Below, one piece after another: positions 25,031 through 37,717 of a DNA stretch of 64,000 nucleotides. Source of the stretch: Torpedo marmorata (taxonomy: Eukaryota); the NCBI GenBank assembly GCA_977017645.1, contig OZ360222.1:78988001-79052000 (forward strand). Reading direction: 5' to 3'. Position numbers and translations under genes: made by a program. The notes under the pieces were generated by a model that worked only from the letters and a program-made list of their open reading frames with translations, was not told where the DNA came from and ran no database searches. Within the stretch, counting starts at the first letter, position 1. Each line of letters begins with the position of its first letter.

Positions 25031-25599
25031 AATATTACTGCATTGACATGAAGCATAGAAAGTAAGCAGCTGAAATTTGCTCAAGATTAAATTTTTGGAG
25101 AATGGAATAACACCCAGAGCATTGAAGGAAGTCAGCATAAGGTGGAGTAGGTATGTTGCTGACAGAGCAGCGGAGGGAGGTGCTGTTATAATGGTGTAAT
25201 GGTTGTGCTAAAGAAAATATGAGTTTGAGATCAAGCAGAACACCAGAGTCGGGAAAATGGAAAGGTCCATATCTGATTCAGTAGCTGAGGAGGAAGCAGA
25301 TGAGTTGCAGGGGCAGGGGGGTGAGGGCCTTGGCATTAGTGACTAGAGAGCAGCTCATACTTTGTGACTAAAATGATAACTTTAATTTTCCCTATTTTTA
25401 GATCATATTCATAAATGCAAAATACACCCCCATACCTTTGGAAAAAAGCTAGCATTAAAACATAGAAATTTTAGCAACCGAGTTGTTTGAGAGGACAATG
25501 TTTCATCAGTCTTTTGCATGTGTAATGGTGAAAATCTCAAAAGACATTTATGCTTGCAAACACACATGGTACAGAATGCAGTGTAGGGGTCCACATTAC

Positions 25600-25777
25600 C
25601 TAAAACAAAATGCGGCATCCAGTGCACGCTTCTTCCGCCGGCTAGACTGCTGTGACTCAAGTCTGTAGGTTGGTAATAGCATGAGGAGGAGATGTGCTGT
25701 TTTCCCATTATAGTGTTTACTTTTTAGTTTTCCCTTATCAATGCCAGAATAATCTCCTGGATAGTCATTGGAAATTC
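25600..25777 (-). CDS. TGFB2: TGF-beta2 exon 5 (end of LAP, RKKR furin site, start of mature ligand), 178 nt
   Basis: ttttaaag|GA ATT TCC...TGT TTT AG|gtaatg. Translates to [60 protein letters not shown] and lies within ORF 25596..25835. Confidence 0.97.
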
Positions 25778-26175
25778 CTTTAAAACAACAGATCAAGTTA
25801 GAGAAGGTTGAAATGCAAGTTGTTAGCTTTGACATATTTCTAAAAGAGCTTCAAAAAATCCTTTCCAAAGATTCCACTCACTTATTTCACTTGTACCTTG
25901 GATACGAATGAGACAATACAGAAATCGGTATTTTATGAAGTGTACTATACAGACCTTGAACATGCCTTTGACATTAAGTGCATTCTGGTTGGTCTTATTA
26001 AAACATAAGGAAAGAGATGAAAGTCTCTGGAGATAAATGGCGATTGTTCCATTTGCACAATTAGACCTTCCTCTATACTGATATAATGCAACCTGATCCG
26101 ACTGTCATCCAGTCAAGAGAATTTCTTGGATATACTAAATTCTATCTACTTGTCTCTTTAAGTACCAAGCAATTA

Positions 26176-26444
26176 CATAAGAAATAGGAGCAGGAGTAGG
26201 CCATCCGGCCTGTCAAGCCTGCTCTGCCATTCAATGAGATCATGGCTGATGTGATGATTGGCTCATCTCCACCTACCTGCCTTTTCCCCATATCCCTTTA
26301 ATTCCCCTAGTATGTAAAAATCTATCCAACCTTGTCTTAAATATATTTACTGAGGTAGCCTCCACTGCTTCAATGGGCAGCGAATTCCACAGATTCACCA
26401 CCCTATGGGAAAAGCAGTTCCTCCTTATCTCTGTCCTAAATCTG
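26176..26444 (-). mobile_element. CR1-type LINE 3' fragment
   Basis: cataagaaataggagcaggagtaggccat tail; RFRTEIRRNCFSHRVVNLWNSLP. Confidence 0.85.
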
Positions 26445-26504
26445 CTGTAAATAAGAGGAACATCATAGAGGGGCAAAGTGAGATCTCAGCTCAGTCTGGG
26501 CAGG

Positions 26505-26665
26505 TCAATAAAGAGGTAAGGCATATTTAATCAATAAAGAGGTAAGGCATATTTAATCAATAAAGAGGTAAGGCATATTTAATCAATAAAGAGGTAAGGC
26601 TTATTTAATCAATAAAGAGGTAAGGCATATTTAATCAATAAAGAGGTAAGGCATATTTAATCAAT
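26505..26665. repeat. 26-bp minisatellite, 6 copies plus a partial copy
   Basis: TCAATAAAGAGGTAAGGCATATTTAA head-to-tail with one variant base and no spacers. Confidence 0.95.
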
Positions 26666-29168
26666 GGAAAGCTTTTATCAATCAAAAGAAAGGAGTACTA
26701 ACTGTCACATCTACAAATGAGATGGCTTATTGCTATAGGACAATGTTTCTATTAACCCACCCACCAGTAGGTTTACAGTGGCCAATGTTAGCATCCCAAG
26801 GATTGAATCAACTAGTGCCTTGGTCTGTATGGTTCACGCTACTCTGTAGTTTTAGATTCAGTACTTTGAAATATCTGTTTAAGATCAGTATTTATCTTAG
26901 ACTGTCTACAACAACACATAACAAGTCAGAACTCCTTGGGAACTGTGGATTTTCCGCCGTTATTATTTGTTTTGTTTTGAATTTTAACCAAATAAAATGG
27001 ATCATGGTTGAAAGGATACGTTTCTTATGTTGTTCTGACAATGCACAGAAAAACCTATCATATTAATGAAATGGGGAGTCTGTTCAAGAGGTTGTTGGTT
27101 TTCTCCTGTTTACGTTTATTATGCTTTTATATAACTCCAGATTCCCATCCAATGGGTATGCACACCAGTGAGAGGTGCAGACTCAGCATGTAAATGACAA
27201 TGAACTGGAAAAGAAACTTAAGCTCCATTTCCACCAGCACCCCAAGACAACAAACCTGACACCCTCTCAGATTAATGACTCTGAGGAACCAGGCAATAAG
27301 AGATAGATAACACTTAAGTGACTACTTTTTTATTGTAGCACTAATTTGGTTTTCATGTCTAGAGATTTTTTTTAGCAGTTATTCACAAACAGAAGTACCC
27401 CAAACTGGCAGGCCATTTTCTATCATCATTCTGTTTCTATCAATTCCTAGTATGCCGTTTTGCTGACAGATGCACTTAAACCAGCTCTGCCACAAACTTC
27501 CATGCTCTTGAGCAGAGGGAGGCCAAGAAAAGCAGCCCATTGTCCCTGGTACAAGTTTTTATTTCAAGATAACTCATCACCCCAAATTTAGGAAGGCCTG
27601 AAATGGGTAAAATCCACAATTGATGAGGTAACACAACATGTGCTCAGAATTCTCAAGGGGAGTGCCATAGCAACACCTCAAACATAAGTAAACCAGAGCT
27701 CATACATCTCTGGGTTTTTCAACTCTACTGCTGCCTCAAGATTCTCACTGCTTCAGTTCTCACTTCGCAAATTGATTACTTGAATGAAAAGCATTGAAAG
27801 GCCACAGTTCAGAGGGCTTAGATTTTTAGTTGGATTTTGGTATCACAATGATAACTAAAATAATAAAATTGTTAGAATTTAAAGATCCAATGTAACATTA
27901 CTGTGAAATTCCATAAATATGACCTAATCAAGGTCTGTTAACTTAAGGAATCTCTGGAATGCTTACTGTTTTCAGTAGCAAGATCCATTTTTCCAGCAAC
28001 TGTAATGAATTTTACTGAGGTGGTGTGCTAAGTGCAGTTACTTCTGCTCAAAGTCCTGAAATCCAATGGTGGTCCAGCAATGATAGGGGAAGGTCAGGTT
28101 AATACAATGGAAATTTAAGAAGGAACGAACATAAGCTTTGAAGCATTGTTTAGCTGTAGTTTGGGCATGAAAGCAGTAACTTTTTTAGTGTTTTTAATGA
28201 TGGTACTGGGTCCTATTAAACGCAAGATCAATGTAATCTTGTACGGATATTACTTAGGTACTGGGCCAATTTCTCATTACTGTGAAGTGAGATAATTAAT
28301 TCATTAATTTAGCATTAGTGGAATTGTTATGCCATGAAGAGTTAAACAATTAGTATGTTTCAAAGAAACAGACTTTGTAAGAGGAATGATAAATTAACCA
28401 ATCAGAAAAAACTTTTGATCTCACAATCACAAAACCAAAAACATTTTTAAAATAATTATCCATTTCATTTTTAAGAAGTTAAAGCCGCTGACCTTGGAAA
28501 ATGAATGTCCTCATCCCAAAACAGTTACAAAATCAATATTTGGAGAACTTTATGAAACTTCTAAGCTGCACAAATGATATGTTTTTAAAATGCATGTAAA
28601 TGTCAAGATTATTTTGGTATCAAGAGAATTCCCTCTGTGGTCTCATTCCGACTGATCAGAATGTGATAAGGAACATTTTGAAGTCATTATTCTTAGATGT
28701 TGCTTTTCCTATAAGAAATTCAAAGTATTTTAATGAATGCCCATAAAGGAGGTAGCTCATTTCAGTTACAAGTGGTACCAACGAGAGAATTTTCATGATC
28801 TGGGTCTTTTGTTACTGCCCTAATCCTTCATCATTAGTTAGATTCAAATTGAAAAAAAAAACACACACATTTGTCTTCCAGTCTCAATCCAAGAACTCTT
28901 GAGTATCAATTATGTCAATGTCTCCCAATACACATCATTGAAATTTTTCATCCGTTAATTCAAAGTTTCAATTACAATAGAATATAGTTGCGCCATTGAG
29001 TCTTCTGATACTGCAATTTTAACTGACTACAGTAGTTCAACAGCAAAATAAATGACAAAATCTGAGGAAAAGACAATGGCCCAATGATACATTGATTATG
29101 CACATAAACCAGAGCTATCCAGAGTGCCAATGGCTTTGACAGGCAAAACTGTTAAAAAAAAACATTTA

Positions 29169-29306
<138 letters not shown>

Positions 29307-29422
29307 CTATTTAATGTACCGTACTTCACTGTACACATTTTAAAGAACCCAAATATTCTAAAAAAATACATCATCTTGGACAATATTAACATTTAAATTG
29401 AAATAAAATCACAAAACTTTAC

Positions 29423-29555
29423 CTCGATGGAGTAACCATTCATTTACTGTCTCTGTAACATCAAAGGACAACCATTCCCCTTCAGTTCTCGTTCTCACTA
29501 CTTTACTGTCAATATACCGATGACTTGGAGATGAAACTTCTTTATTCTTTAGGAT
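29423..29555 (-). CDS. TGFB2: TGF-beta2 exon 3 (LAP region), 133 nt
   Basis: Reverse strand reads ttctcag|ATC CTA AAG...CAT CGA G|gtaaag. It translates to [44 protein letters not shown], matching the vertebrate TGFB2 propeptide (WLSFDVT motif). Confidence 0.97.
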
Positions 29556-29865
29556 CTGAGAACAAGAATGCAGCGAAGGTAAATTAATCTGACCTGCCTT
29601 CAGCCAAACTCATCTTGCCTTTGAATATCAAATGCCATAGTCATAAATATGAATAGAGGGCAGTGAGATTCTCAACCAATAATTGAAATGTTGTACAAAG
29701 TACTGTTTTAATAAAATATGCAATAGAATTCTGGAGTTATTGCGATCACAGGTTGTGAATGAAAGGACAATTGTGAAGAACTATTTTTGAAAGGACAAAT
29801 GTAAAAATTGATATTTGTGATTTGTTTAAGTATGTTTGAAACTGTGGGAAAAATAAGGTGAATAT

Positions 29866-30092
29866 GGGCGGCACAGTTGGCATAGCGGTTAGTGCAACAA
29901 CCTTACAGCGCCAGCTGTCTGTAAGGAGTTTGTATGTTCTCCCCGTGTCTACGTGGGTTTTCCCCGGTGGCTCCGGTTTCCTCCCACCGTTCGAAACGTA
30001 GGTTAATTGGGTGTAAATTGGGCAGCACGGACTCGTGGGCTGAAATGGCCTGTTACCGTGCTGTATGTCTAAATTTAAATTAAAAAAAATTA
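29866..30092 (+). mobile_element. tRNA-derived V-domain SINE (B-box region deleted)
   Basis: Same family as 8110 and 19187. Confidence 0.85.
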
Positions 30093-30399
30093 AGAACTGA
30101 GATGCAGATCAGTCACAAAATTGCTGAATACCCTTGTTACTCTGTCCTCCACTCACTTCTACATTTTGTGCTGAATTTAAGCTGAGTAGTTCTGACCTTG
30201 ATGGATTTATTTATTCCTCTTAGTAAAGTTGCCCACTTTCCTCAGGATGGTGCATTCTTTTTACATTCTGGGCTTTGGACAGAAATGACTCTCTTCATCC
30301 TACTTGCCAGATAGTGCTGAAGAAACTGAAAAGGACTTCTGTATTCTGCCATAGCTTAAAAGATATGTTCCTTACTTGTTAACTCAAATTGTTCATTAA

Positions 30400-30812
30400 A
30401 TGCTCAAGGGAAACTAGCTCAGGATATCACACATATCCTTCTCCCCTCCATCAACTTCATCTATACCTCCCGCTGACTGGGAAAAACAGTCAACATATTA
30501 AAGGACTCATCCCACCCCAACAACTCTCTCTCCCCTCCCCCATCCCCCAACCGCACCCCCCCCCCCCCACAAGGCTGGGAAGAAGATTCACGAATACGAG
30601 ATCGTGCAACACAAGATTCAAGGACAGTTTCTTTCCTGCTGTTATCAGACTTCTGAATGCACCTCACAAATGTAAAACTATGTTGCCTTTGCTCTGCACT
30701 AACTGATCTCTCTATGTAACTCTGCACTTGCTGTACTGTATATGAAATAGACTGCTTGCAAAACAAACTCTATCATTGCATCTTGGTAGATATGACAATG
30801 AACTTGAACTTG
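30400..30812 (+). mobile_element. Rex/Babar-like LINE 3' fragment
   Basis: TRFKDSFFPAVIRLLN C-terminal motif; acttga-type tail. Confidence 0.7.
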
Positions 30813-31054
30813 GTGCATGTCACATATAACGATAATGAGGTTATTGTCATATACTGTACATTGTACAATGTAGATATGCACCAAAATTCTCACGCTGCAG
30901 CTGAACAGGAATTTTGTAAAAAAAAATTGAATTAAAAAGAGACAGTAAATACAAAAGAGTAGATAGATAATAAACAAATAAATATATAGATATATTCTCA
31001 CGATCCTCCTACTATCCATCTCCAAATTGGGTAATGATATGGTCTGGAAAACAA

Positions 31055-31320
31055 ACAAAACTAGATGCTGGAATATGGAACAAAAGTAGTAATGCTGGAA
31101 GAACTCAGCTAGTCAAACACCATCTGTGGAAAGAGGCTAAACACACTCTGCTGTTGGAACTCAGTGGTCAAGCAACATCAGGATCAGTGGGAGAAAAAGA
31201 ATAGTCGATTTCGAGCTGAACCCCTTTATCGAGACACTGGGACAAAGTTTGATCCACTAAGTTCCTCCAACACAGTGTGTTTAGCTTCAGATTCCAGCAT
31301 CTGCAATCTCCTGTGTGTCT
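31055..31320. mobile_element. Rearranged Penelope terminal fragments (partly inverted)
   Basis: agatgctggaat...gaactcag and its reverse complement gttcctcca...attccagcatctgca; hammerhead-like remnant at about 31203-31235 on the minus strand. Confidence 0.55.
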
Positions 31321-31420
31321 CTGTGGAAAAGGGAACCAGAAATATGGGTCTGACTATAGCAAAGGAGGAGGCTGCAGACAGACACATCAAAATGGAAATG
31401 GGATTGAGCCTCTTGGGGCT

Positions 31421-32272
31421 TGGCGGCGCTGCCGGAGCCACTGTAGCGGCAGCACTGCTGCTGGTGTGGACCTGTGGGGAGCGTGGGACCGGAGATACAG
31501 CGCTCCCGCGGGGTCCAGCTGCCCAGTCGACTACCATCGGTTCCGCACGGGCTTTGAATGGCCCGTTAAAGGAGCCGACAGTGGTTTTATTTAAGATCCC
31601 GCGACCACGGGGTCTGCGCCCAAGATGGCAGCACCTTTTAAACGGCAGCAGCCACGAGGGGCTGCAGATTCCGGGGAAGCGGAGGACTGGAGCAGGGCAC
31701 CAGAGGACGGGAAGATCGCCCCCACCCCCCCGTCTGAGAAGGAGAAGCGGAGGAGATGACCCACGGGACGGTGACCACGGCGGAGGACCGTTGAGGGGCT
31801 CTGAGGCTGAAGGACCAGTGCATGCGGCGGGCTGCTGGCGACTCGAGGCGAGGAAACCGCGGAGGCTGTGGGCTGCTGGAGACTGCTGTCGGGGGACTCA
31901 CGCCAGGCTGCGAACTGCTGGAGGCTGGCTCGAACTGGCTGGAGGAGTACCAGGTATCGGAACCGGGATGCGAGGAGGTGCCGAGGGCGACCTGACCATG
32001 CTGGAGGTTCGGATCTGGAGCTCGAGATGCCGATGGTTTGGACTGGACACTGTGTGGCTGCGGAGGCTGCAGAATGCGCTGGAAGCAAATCTATGGACAC
32101 TCGGTGACTCTGGGGGGACTCTCTTTTGCTTCTCTCTCTCTGACTGTGAGGAATGTTAGAGGCGCTTAGGCAATTTCTGCCGGTGGCGAATCTGCCTGCC
32201 TTGCAGCAGGCAAAAAGAAATTTCATGGAATATGACACTGTCTTATTACTATGACAATAAATTGAATCTTGA
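31421..32272 (+). mobile_element. GC-rich non-autonomous retroelement, copy 1
   Basis: Collinear with 34015-34857; ends in a gacaataaattgaatcttgaa LINE-type tail. Confidence 0.85.
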
Positions 32273-33785
32273 AAGTGGCAAGCAACAGAAAGCTCAAAAT
32301 CACCCCTGAAGACTGAACTAGTCACATGCACATCCAAGCTTAATACTTATATCCCTGCTGTCTTCACTATACCAAATAATGAATACATTTTGAAAACCTG
32401 CCAAGATGTTGCAACATCTTTGGAGAGACTCATTGTTAAAATCCTTGAATGTCAATTACAGTGGGACATTTGTATAAAATTCTCTCTTCGAGTTGTACAT
32501 AATAAGAACTGTAATAACGCCACATTGCAAGATGGTATTTTCAGATGAGTAGGATTTTAACAAATTCTGTACATTTCCACTATATACCATTTGCATCACA
32601 ACTGTAAACATATAAATAAGGAATACATTCATAAAACAATATTAACAGTAATGTTCTACTAATCTGTCTATTGCTTAGAGTGAAAATGGTTCATACATAA
32701 TTTGAAGGACTCTGAAAACAGGAGGAAATGCTTCTGTTGCTTACCACTTCAAGTCAGAGAGCTCACACTCTGGGTTTCTTTTATTTCAGATAACTTTACT
32801 GCAGCCTTTCCTTTCATCAATCAGCAAGGGTCCATCTAACACATTTCAAGTATTCAGCAAGCCAGCATTAACCCTAACTTGATTGGTTGATTTTGAACTG
32901 GTGTGTGATTCTGCTCTCTGCAAAATACTGCTTGTCTGACAGGCCAAATTTGTATGGTAAGTGCTTTATTGTTTTATGTTTGCACACAATATTTTAAAAC
33001 ATGGCCATGGGTTCTTCATATAATGGTGCTACACTTATTACAGTATTACTGATTATAGTTATTAATACAAAATGACACTTTACCTAAAAACTACAGGAAA
33101 ATTTGCAGAACATCTAAGTTATGGATTTTAACCTTTCAGGAGAGAAAAAAATCTTGTTGGAATACTTCTCATTTGAATGTTATAAAGAACATTATTAATT
33201 ATTCATGAAATTTCTTTGCAAAGTTATTACCAGAAGTTTCCCTTCTGACAATAAGAATTTTCCAAGTTACAAATGGTTTTACAGTATAGTGAAGTATAGT
33301 TAATTATTTCAAAGCTAATTGTCAATTATGTGCACTGAAGTCCTGTGACATATTGCAGGTGTTAGTGTGAGAATTGCATTTCTTCATGAATTAGAGCAAT
33401 AAAACTCTATAAAGGCTCTTTGTCTTCTGTTACATGTCAATGGGATATGAACAGAACCCAGTGGAGAATTGGCTGCAATTTGTCTTGGGGATTTTCTGGC
33501 AAAGCCTGCACCGTGGAACTTCCACCTCTATGATGCAAGGTAAAAGGGGAAGAGCTGGAGATGGAGATAAGAGTTACCCTACAACATGTGTTTTGGCTTT
33601 GCCAGTTTCTGGTTGTTTGCCCAGCTGTACCACCACATATTTAAGTCATCCATAATGCTTTAGCTAGTTCGAATCTGCAGTTCATCGCACTTTAACTGTT
33701 GTACCTTCTGGCAGCTCCTAGCTTTTAGATTTTGAACAAACAGTGACAAGACTTTGGTGAAGGCAATGTTTTGAATAAACAGTTT

Positions 33786-35172
33786 TAGAACCATAGAAAC
33801 AGAATATTACAGCACAGAAAACAGGCCCTTTGGCCCTTCTAGTCCATGACCTGCACCCAGTCCATAGCCCTCCATACGCCTACCATCCATGTACCTGTCC
33901 AAATTATTCTTAAATGTTAAAATTGAGCCTGGATTTACCACTTCAGCTGTCAGCTCGTTCCACACTCCCACCACTGTCTGTGTGAAGAAGTTCCCCGATA
34001 TATTCCCCCCTAAAGATGGCGGCGCTGCCGGAGCCGCTATAGCGGCAGCGCTGCCGCTGGTGCGGACCCGCGAGGAGCGTGGGAGCGGAGATACAGCGCT
34101 CCCACGGGGTCCAGCCGCCCAGTCGACTGCCGTCGGTTCCGCACGGGCTTTGAACGGCCCATTGGGGGAGCCGACGGTGGTTTTATTTGAGATCCCGCGA
34201 CAGCGGGGTCTGCGCCCAAGATGGCAGCGCCTATTAATCGGCAGCAGCCACGAGGGGCTGCAGATTCCGGGGAAGCGGGGGACTGGAGCAGGGCACCAGA
34301 GGACGGGAAGATCACCCCCGTCTGAGAAGGAGAGGCGGAGGAGGCGACCCACGGGACGGTGAGCACGGCGGCGGACCGGTGAGGGGCTCTGAGGCTGAAG
34401 GACCAGTGCATGCGGCGGGCTGCTGGCGACTCGAGGTGAGGAACCCGCGGAGGCTGTGGGCTGCTGGAGACTGCTGTCGGGGGAATCACGACGGGCTGCG
34501 GACTGCTGGAGGTTGGCTCGAACTGGCTGGAGGAGTACCAGGTATCGGGGCCGGGATGTGAGGGGGTGCCGAGGGCGACCTGACCGTGTTGGAGGTTCGG
34601 ATCTGGAGCTCGGGATGCCGATCGTTTGGACTGGACTCTGTGTGGCTGTGGAGGTGCTGGAGGTGAATCTATGGACACTCGGTGACTCTGGGGGGACTCT
34701 CTTTCACTTCTCTTTCTCTGACTGTAAGGAATGTTAGAGGCGCTTAGGCAATTTCTGCCGGTGGCGAATCTGTCTGCCTTGTAGCAGGCAAAAAGAAATT
34801 TCGTGGTATATGACACTCTCTTATTTCTGTGACAATAAATTGAATCTTGATCTTGATCTAAACTTTTCCCCTTTCACCCTTAACCCATATCTGGTTTGCA
34901 TCTCACCTAACCTCAGTGGAAAAAGTCTACTTGCATTTACTCAATCTATACCCCTCATAATTTAGTATACTTCTATCAAATCTCCCCTCATTCTTCTACG
35001 CTTCAGGGAATAAAGTCCTAACCTGTTCAACCTTTCCCTGTAACTCAGTTCCTGAAGTCCGGGCAACATCCTACTAAATCTTCTCTGCACTCTTTCAATC
35101 TTATTGACATCTTTCCTGTAGTTAGGTGACCAAAACTGCACACAATACTCCAAATTTGGCCTCACCAATGAC
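33786..35172 (-). mobile_element. CR1-type LINE 3' part, split by the GC-rich element
   Basis: LVRPNLEYCVQFWSP...RRRMRGDLIEVY and FFTQTVVGVWNEL fragments; agaaccatagaa tail. Confidence 0.88.
34015..34857 (+). mobile_element. GC-rich non-autonomous retroelement, copy 2
   Basis: Starts (AA)GATGGCGGCG, ends ttgaatcttgatcttga, and is flanked by a CTAAA duplication (34010-34014 / 34858-34862) inside a CR1. Confidence 0.88.
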
Positions 35173-35404
35173 TTGGCAAACTTAGAGCGGGAAGTAGTTG
35201 GACGCAGGCAGGAAAACGTCTGCAAGTATGAAGTGAAGTTGGTGTTAGGAAAAAGAAAGAGGAAGAAGAGGGAAGAGAATAAGGATGTGAGAAGGTCAAT
35301 GAAAGGGACATACTGTGTCAAACATGCTGGCTATGAAAAGGAAAATAAAATCTGCTCAAATGTATTCAATGGTGATAAAACAAAGCAAATCATATATCAT
35401 ACAG

Positions 35405-36330
35405 ATTAATGCTGGGATTCTGAATGATTGTGACATACATCAACAATTTAGAAATTAATGTGGGAGGTATGGTTAGTACGTTTGTAGATGATATGAAAAG
35501 TTGTGATGTTGTAGATAGTTTGGATGATTGTACAGCATGATAAAGGTCATCTTAAAATTTGGGCAAAGCAATGGCAGATGGAATTTAATCCTGACAAATG
35601 CAAAGTGTTGCATTTTGGAAGGTCAATTAAGGGTTGATGTATGTTATAGAATAATATAGGTGATAAGGCCCAGGGAGTACTGGTGATGAGAATGAACGGG
35701 GTATATGTCCATTGATTCCTGAAAGTGGCTGCACAATTAGGTAGGGTGGTGAAGGAGTCCTATGGGATGCTAGCTTTTATCAGCTGTATCACAGAACATA
35801 AGAGTTGGGACATCACGTTACAACGTTATAAAAGACTGGTTCAGCCAGACCTGCAATGCTGTGTGCAGTTCTCGTTGCCAGTCTATAGGAAGTATGAGAT
35901 TGTGTTGGTGAGGGTGCAGAGGAAATTCACCAGGATGTTGCCTTGGATTGGAATGTTTCAGTTATAAGTAGAGATTGGATAGGGTGGGTGTGTCTTCCCT
36001 GGAGTGAAGGAGACTGAGGGGTGATGTGATAAGAGCTACATAAAATTATGAGGGGATAGATTTGGTAAATTGCAAGAATCCTTTTCTCTTGGTGGGACAG
36101 TGTCTAAAACAAGAGACCATAGGTATAAGGAGAGAGATAATTGATTGAGAGGGTCTCTGAGGGGGATTTGTTTTACAAAGATGGTGTTTGGAATTTGTTT
36201 GGGATGCACTTCCTATGCTGTTGGCAGAGGCATGTACTCTCACAACATCGAAGAAGCATCTAAACATGCACCTCAGTTGCCAAGACAGAGAAAGCTATGG
36301 ATCAAATGTGGGAACTGGAACATATAGATA
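35405..36330 (+). mobile_element. Degenerate CR1-type LINE
   Basis: Remnants of FVDDMK, WAKQWQMEFNPDKC, YGMLAFIS, CVQFS.P.YRK and RVQRKFTRMLP. Confidence 0.85.
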
Positions 36331-37558
36331 AGAACAAAGTGATTGACTTCACAAAAAATTGAAGGCTGATGTAGATGAACAGTCTCAGAGCTGAATTCAA
36401 TGGCTGTTAAATGTCATGGAAGGAGTGCCACATAAAGTAAAATCATGGTTTCATGCACTTGGGACGTCAAATAAAGTCAACCCAGAATCCCACAAATGGG
36501 CACAGGACTAACATGGTGGAATTTGGTGGAAAACGTTAGCAGTTCTGTAAGTGTCTGTAAATCTGGGATTCCTATGAAATCAGTGAAGTACCAAACTTTC
36601 TTTTTACTCTTCACCAGGGAAGGTGCTCACAGATCCTGCCTCTGTTAGAACAGTAGCTATTCATTTGAAGGTATTTGCGAACATATACTGGTAATTCCAT
36701 TTACGATTTTGAAAAAATGAATACTTAAAAGTTTTAATTGGTTAAAAGTGTTTAAGATATTATAACTTTATTATTATTAACATTTGAATGTTAAATTTTG
36801 AATATCATGTTCTAAATTATTTCATTTTGTTTCATGGAATGTGTGTGAATATCCCTGGGAGAGCAAATTAACCAACTGTCAATATTTTTTCTGCTATTTT
36901 GCAGGGCCTTACTTGACATAATTGAATTAGAAAGAAATCCCTGACTGCAATCATGAACTTCCCCAATATTATTTTTTTCTGGATTTAATTTCGCCCTAAC
37001 ACATGAACAAACTGACCATCCTCATCATTCCACTGTTTCTGGTAATCCATCAACTGTATGGCTCATCTTGTTTAAGCACTAGCATGGGAATAAAAACATA
37101 TTTAAAAAAAGCAGATGCTGGAAAACAGTAAAATCTCAAAATGCTGGAAACACTCAGCAGGTCAAGCAGCATCTGCGGAAAGAGAAACAGAGCTAACACT
37201 TCAAGTCCAAGTTCCTTAGTCAGAATCTGAAATGACTTCAAGTTGGTGTAAATCTTTACTGAAATTCAGAAAGACCATTCAAGACCCATAAAGTGGATGG
37301 ACAAAAAAACCCACCAGTGAAAGAGTTAATTCAGTGCACAAGATCTCTCAATAGAAGAAAAATATGACTTCAATGTAAGCCTGGTTTCTATTTCGGCATG
37401 CATGGCATTTGCTATATATGGGTAAACAGTGTAAGTGCTGGTGTAGCAAGATTTATGTTACTAGTACCTCCCAACACTTGCATCGCTTATCCATATTCTT
37501 AATGTTTCACCACCCAGAGTTATCTTCAGTTGATGAAGAAAAGAAGTATTCTATTTTA

Positions 37559-37717
37559 NNNNNNNNNNNNNNNNNNNNNNNNNNNNNNNNNNNNNNNNNN
37601 NNNNNNNNNNNNNNNNNNNNNNNNNNNNNNNNNNNNNNNNNNNNNNNNNNNNNNNNNNNNNNNNNNNNNNNNNNNNNNNNNNNNNNNNNNNNNNNNNNNN
37701 NNNNNNNNNNNNNNNNN
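37559..37717. other. Assembly gap (159 N)
   Basis: Run of N. Confidence 1.

Noticed and set aside
26505-26665. CRISPR-like array
   Set aside because: Units are directly adjacent with no unique spacers, the context is eukaryotic, and there are no cas genes.
31164-32159. 331-aa ORF and overlapping 248- and 259-aa ORFs as novel genes
   Set aside because: They span Penelope remnants plus a GC-rich repeat, occur in several frames on both strands, and the frame is not preserved in the second copy. They are stop-poor GC artefacts.
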